Below are positions 1 through 13,500 of a stretch of DNA of 64,000 bases, piece after piece. The notes under the pieces were generated by a model. That model was not told the origin of the DNA. It did not search any database and was given only the letters and a program-made list of their open reading frames with translations. A program made the position numbers and the translations under genes. The stretch is from Mobula birostris. Taxonomy: Eukaryota. The DNA is taken from positions 3,577,665 to 3,641,664 of the forward strand of contig NC_092384.1 of NCBI RefSeq assembly GCF_030028105.1, given 5' to 3'. Within the stretch, counting starts at the first letter, position 1, and each line of letters opens with the position of its first letter.

Positions 1-559
1 GACATTGGCGAGGTATGCGAAGATTAAAGATTGCACAAGAGTCATTTAAGTATGGAATCATACAGCACCATGAAGAATCATACAGTATCATTCAGTTCGA
101 CTCTTCCATGGCGACGGAGAGGCCTCACTTCGCTTGCGATTCACCCTCCAGGCCCTAAGATTTTCTCTGCTATCTTCCGCTTCCTGGGACGGCAAGATGA
201 TATTCTCCAAGGTTAAGTAATAGTTATTGACATACTTAAGCGCAATACCGCACGAAACAGTGATAACTGAAATTTGGACTTTTCTGTAAAGACTAAATAG
301 TGAAGTAAAATAGTTTTTTTTTGTAGCGGAGCTCAATGCACTATAATCTTGCTAAACTGAAGATACTCCAAGATGCTTATATCAGATACAGCACAATGAC
401 TAAATTAACTTTTAAACTCGCAATCCGTGCGCTTAAGATGGCGCGCGATGTAGTCATGTTTATTGTAAAGCAGTAGTCCGACTGCTCAGGCACACGTCTG
501 TTACTACAGACTGTCGATATTATGATTCCAGTAGTTGTCCAAGTAAATACAGGTCGATG

Positions 560-960
560 TTATGGATGTGCTAACGAGGTGGAGGCGACATTTAAAAAGT
601 GAGGAGGACCGTGCGGAAGTTTCTAGCAGGCTTGCGATATTGGGAGCATTCGCTTTTTTACTGCAGAGTGATGAAAGGTGTGAAGGGACAGAGGGACCTT
701 GCGTTATACGTCCATATGCACCTGAGTGTTGCAGTGAATGTTGATTGGGTTGTTAGGAAGACGTATGGTGCGTTGCATTGTTCATTTTCATTAGTCAGGG
801 GATAGAGCTTAAGAACTGCGAGATAATATTACAGTTCTTTATAATTCTGGTTAAATCACACTTAAAGTATTGTGTTCTCTTCTGATCATTTCATAATAAG
901 AAGTACATGGAAACTCTCCAGTGGTTACAGGGGATATTGACCAGAATGTTACCTGAATTG
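560..960 (+). mobile_element. Old degraded CR1 fragment inside the duplicated arm (mirror copy at ~21970-22380)
   Basis: Decayed similarity to the CR1 ORF2 3' region seen in younger copies in this window. Confidence 0.55.
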
Positions 961-1260
961 AAGTACTGGTTCAGACGCTAGCCACACTGACTGTCTCAGC
1001 TTTGGTTTGCAAAATAAAGTTTGAAATTTCCTGAAAATTTTTCGGCGACTCCTTGTCATTTGTGAAATCACGACAGGGGCTAGTAGAAAGAAGACGTGAG
1101 GATGGAAAATGGATGGAGTGGAAAGTACCAGAGAGACATTTTGTAATGACCAATGAATGAAATGTTTGGAATCAACTGAGCTTGCCTGCTGTCTCAGGGC
1201 TGGGTGTGATTGCTCCGCACCACAGCCACCCCCTGTTCACCTTCACTGTACCTGCCCCAT

Positions 1261-3114
1261 ACTGACTGTAAAAGCTTTTATAGATATGTAAAAAGGAAAA
1301 GACTGGTAAAGACAAATGTAGGCACCTACAGACAGAAACAGGTGAATTGATTATGGGGAGCAAGGACATGGCAGACCAATTGAATAATTACATTTGTACT
1401 GTCTTCACTACGGAGGACATAAATAATCTTCCAGAAATAGTAGGGGACAGGGGGTCCAGTGAGATGGAGGAACTGAGCGAAATACATGTTAGTAGGGAAG
1501 TGGTGTTAGGTAAATTGAAGGGATTAAAGGCAGATAAATCCCCAGGGCCAGATGGTCTGCATTCCAGAGTGCTTAAGGAAGTAGCTCAAGAAATAGTGGA
1601 TGCATTAGTGATAATTTTTCAAAAGTCGTTAGATTCTGGACTAGTTCCTGAGGATTGGAGGGTGGCTAATGTAACCCCACTTTATAAAAAAGGAGGGAGA
1701 GAGAAACCGGGGAATTATAGACCGGTTAGCCTAAAGTCGGTGGTGGGGAAACTGCTGGAGTCAGTTATCAAAGATGTGATAACAGCACATTTGGAAAGCG
1801 GTGAAATCATCGGACAAAGTCGGCATGGATTTGTGAAAGGAAAATCATGTCTGACGACTCTCATAGAATTTTTTGAGGATGTAACTAGTACAGTGGATAG
1901 GGGAGAACCAGTGAATGTGGTATATTTGGATTTTCAAAATGCTTTTGACAAGGTCCCACACAGGAGATTAGTGTGCAACCTTAAAGCACACGGTATTGGG
2001 GGTAAGGTATTGATGTGGATGGAGAATTGGTTAGCAGACAGGAAGCAAATAGTGGGAATAAACGGGACCTTTTCAGAATGGCAGGGAGTGACTAGTGGGG
2101 TACCGCAAGGCTCAGTGCTGGGGCCCCAGTTGTTTACAATATATATTAATGACTTGGATGAGGGAATTAAATGCAGCATCTCCAAGTTTGCGGATGACAC
2201 GAAGCTGGGTGGCAGTGTTAGCTGTGAGGAGGATGCTAAGAGGATGCAGAGTGACTTGGATAGGTTGGGTGAGTGACAAATTCATGGCAGATGCAATTTA
2301 ATGTGGATAAATGTGAAGTTATCCACTTTGGTGGCAAAAATAGGAAAACAGATTATTATCTCAATGGTAGCCGATTAGGAAAAGGGGAGGTGCAACGAGA
2401 CCTGGGTGTCATTATACACCAGTCATTGAAAGTGGGCATGCAGCTACAGCAGGCGGTGAAAAAGGCGAATGGTATGCTGGCATTTATAGCGAGAGGATTC
2501 GAGTACAGGAGCAGGGAGGTACTACTGCAGTTGTACAAGGCCTTGGTGAGACCACACCTGGAGTACTGTGTGCAGTTTTGGTCCCCTAATCTGAGGAAGC
2601 GCATCCTTGCCATACAGGGAGTACAAAGAAGGTTCACCAGATTGATTCCTGGGATGGCAGGACTTTCATATGAAGAAAGACTGGATGAACTGGACTTGAA
2701 TTTAGAAGATTGAGGGGGGATCTGATTGAAACGTCTAAAATCCTAAAGGGATTGGACAGGCGAGATGCAGGAAGATTGTTCCCGATGGTGGGGAAGTCCA
2801 GAAGAAGGGGTCACATTTTGAGGATAAAGGGGAAGCATTTTAGGACCGAGATTAGGAAAAACTTCTTCACACAGAGAGTGGTGAATCTGTGGAATTCTCT
2901 GCCACAGGAAACATTTGAAGCCAGTTCATTGGCTATATTTAAGAGGGAGTTAGATATGGCTCTTGTGGCTATGGGGATCAGGGGGTATGGAGGGAAGGCT
3001 GGGGCGGGGTTCTGAGTTGGATGATCAGCCATGATCATAAGAAATGGCGGTGCAGGCTCGAAGGGCCGAATGGCCTACTCCTGCACCTATTTTCTATGTT
3101 TCTGTGTTTCTATG
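1261..3114 (+). mobile_element. 5'-truncated CR1 LINE (family A), RT region plus 3' UTR and (TTTCTATG)n-like tail; disrupted
   Basis: ORFs 1347-2276, 2273-2713 and 2710-3015 carry RT motifs ([27 protein letters not shown]) and the CR1 C-terminal RPHLEYCVQFWSP; tail tttctatgtttctgtgtttctatg. Confidence 0.95.
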
Positions 3115-6100
3115 CTGCTATTTCATTAAGTACTCATATAGAGAACTTTATTCACAGTCATCCTAACTGGCGATTCCAGGTGATACGGCTACAAAACCAA
3201 GACGTTGTTAAATTTGTGGAAACTAAAATAGATAGTTATTTTGAGTTAAATACAGTTCAAACTAGTGGCAGCACGAGATGGGAGGCGTTCAAGGCATATA
3301 TTAGAGGATAAATCATTAGTTATACAAGCTCCACGTCCAAACAACAAAAATAGAGATGGAAACTTTGGAAAAATAAGTTATACCTTTAGAGAAAGAACGA
3401 AATGAAAGGGATGATCTACAAAACAAAGACATCTGCTACCTTTGAGAGCCAAATATGAAAAATTATATGCAGATAAAGCTGAAAAAAAGTTTAATGTGGT
3501 TGAAGCAATCTTATTACGATCAATGAAAAAAAGCTGGAAAACTATTCGCATGGAGAATTAACAAAGTAGGGGTTGATAGAGCAACTAATAATATAACAAC
3601 CTCTTTAGGAAGCCGAACAGTAGACTCATTGGAAATTAAAAACTGTTTTACAAAGTTGTATGTGCACTTATATAGATCAGAATGCCCCCAAGTCTCAGAA
3701 TAACGGGATACATTTTTTGATCACTTTCAATTCCAGATACTGCCAGTAGATGTAAAAACAGGAGATAGGTACAGGTATAACAATTCAAGAGATATCACAG
3801 GCTATCCAGAATATTAATAGTCGTAAAACGCCAGGGCATGACGGCCTAAGAATTGAATTCTACAAATCATTTCAAGAAAAAAATTACTCGTCTCACTCTT
3901 AAATATGTATGATGAAACTTATCTGAATGTAATTCTCCCACACTCTGTAAGGTTGGCAATGATAACTCTGATCTTGAAGCCAGGCAAACCGCCTACAGAC
4001 TGCTCCTCATTTAGACAGATAAGTTTAATTGGATCGGACACAAAAATACTTTGTAAAGCCCTGGTGAGAAGATTAGATAATTATATGTCACATCTAGTTC
4101 ATAATGATCAGAATGGTTTTCTGCAAAAACGCCAAGGATTTCATATATTAGAAGAGTTCTTCACATAATTCACGAAAAAAATAACGCTAAAATACAGCGG
4201 TGTTATCATTGGATGATCGGTAGGCCTTCGTTGAAATAGAATGGCCATATATATTTAATATATTGCCTAGATTCGGATTTGGAAATAACTTCCTTAAATG
4301 GATTCAGATTTTATATTCAAATCCAAAAGCCAGTGTCTTAACAAATAGTACAGTTTCTAAACCAGTCGTCTTGAAGCGAGGTACTCTCCAAAGATTCCTT
4401 TGTCACAGATGTTCTTTATACTGGCCATAGAACACCAAGCTATGGCAATAAGAACACAAACAGGTCTATTGGGCATCCAGCAAGGATAACAGGAACACAG
4501 AATATCCTTATATACTGACAATGTGTGTTTTTTTTACATCTTTTTCTGTCATTATTCCAAACCTAATGCAACAGATTGAATCGTTTGGCCAGTTCTCTGG
4601 TTATGACATGAACAACTCAAAATCATCAATACTGTTTTTGAACAAAGAAGAAAGATTGAAACCAGTCATAAAAAATACATTTATAAATGCAAAGGAAGGA
4701 TTTACCTACCGTGTGTCAAAATTACCCCTGAAATTAAAACAATGGTCCCAACAAACTGTAATCCACTAGTGGGGGAAGTGAACGAGACTTTGGATCGATG
4801 GATAACAATGCCCACATCGATGAATGGCCGTATAAACATGATGAAAATGAATATATTGCCAACATTTCTATACCTTTTTCAATAAGTTCCTCTCCCACTA
4901 CTAAAATTTTAGTAAATTCATTTGGAATAATAAAAAATCTAGACTGGAAATTAGGCTGTTATACGTGCCATATCAAAGTGGTGGACTACAGCTCCCGAAC
5001 CTGAAATGGTATAATTGGTCTGCTCAGTGACATTCCACATTGTTTTATTTCTTAATGGATGACATTCCAGCTTGGTTGAACATTGAACAGGCATCAATGC
5101 AAAAACTCCCATTAAAGCTCTATTTATACTCTGCAGGCCCAAGAAATCTCAAAAGAACAACCGAGAACCCTTTCCTCGAAAATACTGTTGACATCTGATA
5201 TAAAGCACATCAACATATTAAAGATACTCATCCCATTACTCACTTCTCCCCAATATATGGCAATACGTACTTCAGGGCAGGAAGAGCAGATGGTGGTTTC
5301 AGAATCTGGGCAGGCAAAGGTGTGCAGAAAATAGTGGGCCTTTATATGAATGGTATCCTCACTATAGGAAAGATGTGGAAGCATTGAAAAGGGTACAGAG
5401 GAGATTTACCAGGATGCTGCCTAGTTTAGAAAGTATGCATTATGATCAGAGATTAAGGGCGCTAGTGCTTTACTCTTTCGAGAGATGGAGGATGAGAGGA
5501 GACATGATAGAGGTGTACAAGATAATAAGAGGAATGGATAGAGTGGATAGCCAGCGCCTCTTCCCCAGGGCACCACTGCTCAATACAAGAGGACATGGCT
5601 TTAAGGTAAGGGGTGGGAAGTTCAAGGGGGATATTAGAGGAAGGTTTTTTACTCAGAGAGTGGTTGGTGCGTGGAATGCACTGCCTGAGTCAGTTGTGGA
5701 GGCAGATACACTAGTGAGGTTTAAGAGACTACTAGACAGGTATATGGAGGAATCTAAGGTGGGGGCTTATATGGGAGGCAGGGTTTGAGAGTAAGCACAA
5801 CATTGTGGGCCGAAGGGCCTGTACTGTGCTGTACTATTCTATGTTCTATGTAATCTGATTACATTTGATAAATTGTATCAGACATTCCATTTTCCTGGAA
5901 ACACTTTAAAAAATATTTGCAACTGAAATATTTCATACTATCAAAATATAAGCCTTTAATATCCGAACCACCACTATCACATCTTGAAAATCTCACAGTT
6001 CTAAACCTAAAAGAGAGGAGTCAGATTTCTTTATTCTATACAGCTTTGATGTCATATGGTAAGGATTCCGCAATTGACAGGCTAGGGGCATGGAGCCTGG

Positions 6101-6890
6101 AGGTTCAAGAGGACATACAAGAAACTGAGTGGGAAATGACATGCTTAAAAGCTCAAAACTAATCAATAAACACGAGAGTGAAGCTATTGCAATAGAAATG
6201 ATTAATGAGAACTATATTACCCCGGGCAAACTGAAACGTTGGTCCCCTGACATCACGGAGAACAGTGTTAAATGTTATAAGAAAAGGGTACACTGTTTTC
6301 CTGTGTATGGGACTGTCCAAATTTTAGGAAAAATACTGGAAAATAGTTGCTCAGACTACATCTGAGATCGTTGGAGTAAAGGTGACTCACCAAGCAAAAA
6401 TGTGTGTACAATGTATATATCCAAAGAACTTTACTGTTAGTGAAAAAAAACAATCAATTTGAATTGACTTTGGACTCCTGCAGGCCAGGAGGATGATAGC
6501 TTTATCTTGGAGAAAAATGGATATACCTTCGGTGCATGTATGGGTGAAGGAGATGACATCTTGTATTGAATTGGAGAGACTGGCTTACATAACTAGAGGA
6601 AGGGCAGGAGAATTTGAAAATATGTGGAAACCTTTATTGGTGTTTTTTGGACATCAAGGTGCAAAGTCATTTTAAAACAGCTGTGTGTTGTTGAGTGTTT
6701 CTTCGTTTTTTTTTCTTTTTTTTTTACTTCTTTGTAAACTATCTGAAGCATGTGCAATGTTATAATTCTATTCCTTTGATGATTGTGAACAAAAAACCAT
6801 GAGGACATTTCTCAATGTTTAGTTAATTATTATTATTGTTTATTTGTATACGTGAAATGCATGTAAAATTCAATAAAAATATTGCTAAAA
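3115..6890 (+). mobile_element. Decayed 5'-truncated L1/Tx1-clade LINE ORF2 with 3' UTR
   Basis: Fragments WEAFKAYIRG, MITLILKPGKPPTDCSSFRQISLIGSDTKILCKALVRRL...DQNGF, FGQFSGYDMNNSKS and WRKMDIPSVHVW are typical of L1-clade ORF2; many stops and frameshifts; T-rich 3' UTR ending in caataaaaa near 6870. Confidence 0.85.
5351..5850 (+). mobile_element. CR1 (family B) 3' fragment inserted into the L1 relic
   Basis: ORF 5375-5788 is nearly identical to the C-terminus of the CR1 at 30882-31847; ends in a (TTCTATG)n tail; L1 sequence resumes at taatctgatt. Confidence 0.92.
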
Positions 6891-7089
6891 CTTAGCAGCA
6901 GCAGTTCAATGCAATACATAATATAGGAAAAAATTATATTAATAATACATACATTACTGTATACGTATATTGAATAGATTAAAAATCGGGAAATATATAT
7001 GATTATGTTCATTATGATTATGATTATGACACGTAGACTCCTTTCATTGTAATTTATTAATGCATGCATTAAGAAATGATAATATGCTT

Positions 7090-7646
7090 TTTTCCAGAAC
7101 GATATCACGAAAAACACATGAGAAACCGATTTAAAAAACTCACAGAAAGCACAAAATTATAGCATATAGTTACAACAGTGCAAAACAATACTGTAATTTG
7201 ATAAGAACAGACTATGGCACAGTAAAGTCTCAAAGTCTCTCGAAAGTCCAATCTTCTCAAGCAGACGGTAAACCTCCAAAGCCACCAACTTGCCTGTGCA
7301 GCATCCTGTAAGCATCCGTCCACAGTCCGCCTCCGAGTCCGTCCGAAAAACTCCGAGTTTCCGACCACCTATTCGACGCCGAGCACCGAGTACTGTTTGT
7401 GCCGAGCGCTTCGACCACAGCCCCGGCAACAGGTGATACGCAAAGCCTAGTATTCGGGGCCTTCGTCTCCGGATGTTCTCGATCACACAGTAGCAGATGC
7501 AGCGAAACAGGCATTTCAGAAGTTACTCCTGATGCTCCTCTGTGCTTCTCACGGCTGTCTCCATCAAATGCGGATTGTGCACGGCCCCTAGTTACATATA
7601 AGAAACATTCGGAATGGCCGCGTGCGCTGCGTCGCGTCGCCATCTT
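7090..7646 (-). mobile_element. CpG-rich non-autonomous LINE/SINE-like repeat (begins AAGATGGCGACGCG on the minus strand)
   Basis: Shares the 5' start (aagatg..cgcgacg.cagcgc) and a similar 3' region (gactttgagact...ccatg...tgtaactatatg) with the copy at 8036-8695. Confidence 0.6.
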
Positions 7647-8035
7647 CTTCTCCCTCCTCCAAAGAGCGAGGTTCTGACCAACGGTTCAATGTCCATTTGG
7701 GAATCGGATGACAGAGGGGCAGAGGTAGATCTCTTGAAATGATTGATAACACGACATTTGCCTTCCTCGCTTCCGACTCAGACTGCAAGGTAAAATTCAG
7801 TGTTTTCTGCATTAGGACTGCCAAATCCCTCTGTAACTCAGATTCCTGGATTATCTCCCCGATTCGAAAACAATCCGTGCTAGTACAAAATTGCATGACC
7901 ATGCATTTTCCGACATTGTATTTCATTTGCCACATTCTTGCTCATTCTCCTAATCTGACTGTCCTTCTGCATCTTGCCTGTTTCCTCAACACTACCTGCC
8001 CCTCCACCAAACTCTGTATCACCTACATTGAGGAG

Positions 8036-8695
8036 AAGATGACAGCGCGACGGCAGCGCGTGCAGACTCTCCAGTGATGAATATCTGCTGTCTATCAAGT
8101 AGGGGACCCGGCACAATTCTGATTTGATGGAGACGGAGGTAAGAGTACGGAGGAAAATCTGGAAAACTTCTGAAATTCCCGCTTCGCTGCCGCTGCTGCT
8201 GTCTGGTAATCGGAATCTCGGGACCAGAATGCCCCGAATACTCGGCTTTGCTTGTTTCAGCGGCCGGGGTTAGGTCGAGAGCGCCCGGGAGGCTGTATCG
8301 GAGGGACTGGTCGGAGGCTTGAAGTTTTCGGACGGACGGACTGTGTTCCGGCTGTGGTCGGCTGCTTCCAAGGCATCGGCAAGTTGACGGTGCCTGGAGG
8401 TTTATGGCAGGGAGTTTTACTATTTTGTTGCCTGCCATCGGGGACTCGGGAGTCGTTCGACTCGGGGACTTTTGAGACTTTTTTTTTACCGTGCCCATGG
8501 TTTGTTCTTCATTAAATGATGGTATTGCTTTTCCTGCTGTAACTATATGCAATAATCATGTGGTTCCTTCAGTGTTAGTCTTTGGTTTGTCCTATTTTCT
8601 GTGATATCACTCCTGAGAAACATTGTATCATTTCTTAATGCATGTATGTATTTGTAAGTGACAATAAGAGAGGTCTGTGTGTTAACATAATCTAA
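8036..8695 (+). mobile_element. CpG-rich non-autonomous LINE/SINE-like repeat, same family as 7090-7646
   Basis: Starts aagatgacagcgcgacggcagcgcg and ends gacaataagagagg...cataatcta; no coding capacity. Confidence 0.6.
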
Positions 8696-11600
8696 AATTT
8701 GGAAACAAAACAGTCTGTTCCATCATCTAAATCATTTATATACAGCACAAAAAGAAGTGGTCCTAACAGCGACCCCTGTGGAACACAGCTAGTCACTGGC
8801 AGCCAACCAGAAAAGGATGATTTGATTCCCACTCGTGGCCTCCTAGCAAGCAGCCAATGCTCTAACCATGTTAGTAACTTTCCTGTAATACCATGGGCTC
8901 TTAAGCAGTCTCATGTGTGACAGTTTTCCAAAGGCATTCTGAAAGTCCATATATACAACATGCCCTTTATCTATCCAATTGAGGGATAACCTGAAGGAAT
9001 TCCAATAGGTTGTTCAGGCAGGATTTTCCCTGCAGGAAACCAAGTTGACTTTGTACTATCTTGTCCTGTGTCACCAAGTACTCCATCACCTCATCCTTAA
9101 CATTTGCCTCTAACAATATCCTATCTCTATGAATGATGTCCAGGAATTTCCCAACAACTGACGCCTGACTCCCCAGTCTATAGTTCCCAGGATTTCCCCT
9201 TCTTTGCTTCTCAAATAGAAATACAACATTAGCCAACCGCTACTCGTCCAGAACCTTGTCTTTCCCAGAAAGGACACGAGATTTCTAGTCAAGGCCTCAG
9301 CAATCTCGTCTATTGCTTCCTTCCATGATCTTGGCTAAATCCTATCGGGACTTGATGACATCCACATGAGTGCACTAAGGAAACCTACACTTCCTCTTCT
9401 TCGACCTCTGCATGCCCTAAAATATTGATTCACACAAAACTAGTCACCTGGTTCTTCATGTCCTTGTTGTCGGGAAATACTGAAACAATGTACTCATTAG
9501 GTACCTCAATTACATTCTCTGCATCTAAGCGAATATTCCTATATTTATTCTTGATCCTTAATATTACCTGCTAATAACTTTTCATGGCCTTTTCTGGCTT
9601 TCTTAATTCCTTTATTTTGTTTGGCTCTTTTCTGGCTGCATTATACTCCTCATGTGCTCCAGTAGAGCTTAACTTCCGAAGCTGTACGGAATTATCATGC
9701 TTCTTCTTGACTAACTTCATCAGCTCTCTGGATATCCAAAGTTCGAATATCTTTCCATCCTTGTTCTTCATTGTAACAGGTACATACCCTTCCAGTATTC
9801 TGTGCAACTGATCTTTAAACACCATCCACATGACTGATGTGGACTTGTCAGAAATAAAAGGCATAGCCAATAATCTCGTCTTAGTTCTTTCCTAAAACCC
9901 TGGTAATTTACCTTACTCCAGTAAAAATACTCTTATAAACACCTATCCATCCTTATCTATAGCTATCCTGAGAGTTAAGGAGTTGTGGTCACTGTTCCCT
10001 ATCTGCGAACCCACAGAAAGGTCAGTTACCTCACCAGTTGCATTGCCCAACAACTGAATAATCAAGATTCCATGTATCTCTGCTCTAAAGATACTCAGCA
10101 GTGAGTGGCGATGCATTCCACAGATTCATTACAGGCCGCCAAAAATAATCTTCCTCATCTCTGGTGTAGAAGGTCGACCTTGTGTTCTGCTGCTGTGCCC
10201 TCTGGCCCAAGACACTTCCACTCAATCCACCCCCCCCCCCCCCGCCATCACTCTGAACTCCAGAGTGTACAGGAAACCAATAAATGTTTCTCATACTGTA
10301 AATCCTTCAATTCTCCTCAACATGCTCTGGACCCTCTCCAGTGTCAGGACAGCTTTTTTTGGATCAGGTGTCCAAGTTTGCTCACTATACTCACTCAATT
10401 GCTCACCAAGTGTGGTGTAACCAATACCTTATAAAGCCTCAGCCACATTATTCCTCCGATTTTTGAATTATCTCTCTGTTCACATTTTCATTTCTACCAA
10501 ATGTATGAGCCTTTACTGCCCTAGCCGAAATTCCATATGTCCATCATTTGTCCATTCTAATCTGAATACGTTCTTCAGTTTCCCTGCTTCCTCAAACCAC
10601 CAACACCGATCCCTGCGGACCACATGCAGCCAACCAGAAATTCCCCACTTTATTCAAATAAAATTGTTTCAGTCCCGCACTAGCACAAAAATGTTGAGAT
10701 AGGATCTTATGTGTATCATAGGGAAAGTTGGGATGCCTATGAATTTACTATGGGCTGTTTTGCCTACACGCAATTTGCTGTCTATTGCTTATACTGCTGC
10801 TAGAATTGGAAGAATGCAAAAACTTATTGCAAAACACATTCAGAGGGAAGGACAGGGATGGAAAGGAAACAGTACCTTGGATGTAAAGAGAGGTGATGAA
10901 TTTAGACAAGAAGGAAAATGAGAATTATATGAAGCTTCGGAAGCTAAGATCAAACGTGGCATATGAGGATTATAAAAAATCCAGAAATAACTTGAGAATA
11001 GAAATAGGAAACTTGAGAGGGGTCATGATAAGCCCTTGACAAGTAGGATTAAGGTAAATCCCAAGGAATTCTATATATACATCAAGAAAAAAAGAGAATA
11101 AGTTGGGAGAGGTAGGACCATTCAATGAAAAACACGGGGCATTTGTTTAAGATCATAGAGTCACAGACAAGTACAGCTCAGAATCAGGCCCTTCGGCCCA
11201 TACAGTTCGTATTAAACCATCTGAATTGCATGCTCCCATTGGGACCACTGGAGCCCCTACCATCCATGTATCGATTCAAACCTCCCTTAATCTTTCAAAA
11301 TGGAAGCTTGACAACATTCTTAGGACACTTTTGAGAAGAATTTCCCCCTGATATTCCTCTTAAACTTTTCGCCTTTCAGCCTTAACGTATGACTTCTCGC
11401 TGTCGTCACACCCTTCCTTAGTGGAAAAAAAACCCTTCTTGCATTTGCCCGATCTACACCCTTTCTAATCTTGTATATCTCTCTCAATCTTCTATCATCC
11501 AGGAATTAAGTTCGGACTTAGTCAATCATTCCATAAACTTAGGTCCTCCAGACCCGGCAACAAACTTATGAAAAATCATTATACTCTTTCAACGTAATTT

Positions 11601-12870
11601 CCATCTTTCCTATACGTAGATGACTAAAACTGCACAAATTAGGGCTGGTCAAAGTCCAATTCAACTTGAAAATCTCCTGTACTCAATATTTTGTTTTATG
11701 ATTGTCACTGTACTAAATGCTTTATTTCCGACCCTATCTACCTGTGGCGCTGGTTTCAATGAATTATGAACCTGAATAGTTATACTACACACCACAGTGT
11801 CCTACCATTCACTGTGTAAACGAATCGTAGTTGGCCCCACTGAAGCACAACACCTGGCAATTGTCTGCATTAAATTCCATCTACCATTTTTGAGTCCTCC
11901 TTCCCAGCTGACCCAGATCCCGCTACAAACCATAATAGTCTCTCTCAATGTCTAAAACACCCCCACTCTTGGCATCAGTCGCAAATTTGTTGATCCAGTA
12001 AGCCACATTAATATCCAGATCATTGATATAAATAACAAGCAACAATGGACCCAGCACAGATACCCACGGACTCCACTAGTTACAGGCTTCCAGTCAGAGA
12101 GGAAGCCATCTACTACCACTTCCTGGCTTCGCCCGCACAGCCAACATCTACTGCAATTTACCACTGCACATTGAATGCCGAGCGACTTAACGCCTTGACC
12201 AATCTCCCATGCAGGACCTTGTCAAATGCCTTACTTAAGTCCATATAAATACTATTACCTGCCTTGCCTTCATCAACGTTCATAGACCACATAGAGCTAG
12301 AATAAGAACATGTAATCCACTCTAGAAACTGCCTAAAATTTCCCTACCTCATAGCCCTAGATTTTTCTAAGCTCCACGTACTTACCTAACAGTCTCTTAG
12401 AAGACCCTTTTGTATCCGCCTCTACCAACTTCACAGGCTGTGCATTCTACGCACCCACCACTCTCAGTGACAAAAAAAAAAAACCTTTCATATCCCCATT
12501 GTAACTACTTCCATGAATCTTAAAATTGCCCCCTCAACCCTAGGAAAAAATACCTCTGGTTGTTCACAGCATCAATGCCTCTTATCATCTTATACAGCTC
12601 AAACAGGTGTCCTCTCATCCTCTATTTCTCAGGGAAAAGGTCAAGGTGACTTAACCTATCTCGTAAGTCATGTTCGGCAGTCCAGGCAACATCCCAGTGA
12701 ATCTCCTTTGCACTCTGTCTATAGCATCCACATCATTCTTGTAGTGAGGTGACCAGAAATGAACAGAGTACTCCACGTGGGGATCTAACCAGAGTCTTAT
12801 ATTGCAACATTTCCTCACGGCCCACGTTGATGAAGGCCAACACACGATACAGCTTATTAACAATACTGGT
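8696..12870. mobile_element. Patchwork of decayed CR1 fragments, mostly minus strand
   Basis: Antisense ORF pieces such as GNPGNYRLGS...GFLQGKSCLNNLLEF and PHVEYSVHFWSPHYKNDVDAIDRVQRRFT; internal boundaries not resolved. Confidence 0.75.
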
Positions 12871-13069
12871 CTCTTCTCTTCCCCTCTTTATCAGGGAGAA
12901 GCAGAGAGAAAAAGAGAGAGCCTGTTACATGAGTAACTCCTCTGTCAGTTTATTAAGTATTAAGAGAGATCGTGGCATGTAAAATTGGTCGGGTAAACGG
13001 TTAGTTTTTTTTTCATAACTGAAGATCATGGTCTCCTGAAGGGGATTTGCGACTGTGGGTGGTGGGTGC

Positions 13070-13500
13070 TGGGTGCCGATGCATTTCGAATGAAGTAAGT
13101 GGGGAATGGGAAACGGGAGGGTTGATGCATTGTTACTGCTTGTGGGTGAGATGAGGGAGAAGGAAGCTTTGTGGTTATGTTGTTTTTATTGTCATTCATT
13201 CGTTGGGGTACTCTTCCGTTTTCGTGGATGTTTATGAGGAGCAAGAATTTAAGGTTGTATATTATATATAGGCATAGGTTAATCTCATGAGAGCATGGAT
13301 TTGCGCCTTGGAAAATTTCCGGGGCCCAGGCCTGGCAAGGTTGTATGGAAGACAAGCAGTTGACAATGCTGCAAGTCTTCCCACTCCAGGCCACGGATGT
13401 TGTCCAAGGGAAGGGCATTAGGACCCATATAGCCTGGCACCGGTGTCATCGCAGTGCAATGGGTGGTTAAGTGCCTTGCTCAAGGATGTATATTATATAC
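13070..13500. mobile_element. LINE/SINE 3' remnants, including a tRNA-SINE-like piece on the minus strand
   Basis: Minus strand reads ccttgagcaaggcacttaacc, a common post-B-box motif of fish tRNA-derived SINEs; remainder decayed. Confidence 0.4.

Larger units (their letters stand above)
1..3114 (-). repeat. Left arm of a >=3.1 kb inverted segmental duplication (partner 19814-22934); runs off the window edge
   Basis: Reverse complement of 1-65 matches 22871-22934. Colinearity continues through 1.26 kb of mostly non-repeat sequence and an identically 5'-truncated CR1 (junction gccccat|actgactg in both arms), with scattered substitutions and small indels. Confidence 0.95.

Noticed and set aside
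8019-8552. 177-aa minus-strand ORF
   Set aside because: Antisense to a GC-rich non-autonomous repeat; S/P/R-rich with no recognisable domain.
11790-11800. CACAGTG heptamer as a recombination signal
   Set aside because: Lies within a CR1 remnant, with no nonamer at 12/23 spacing and no adjacent gene segment.
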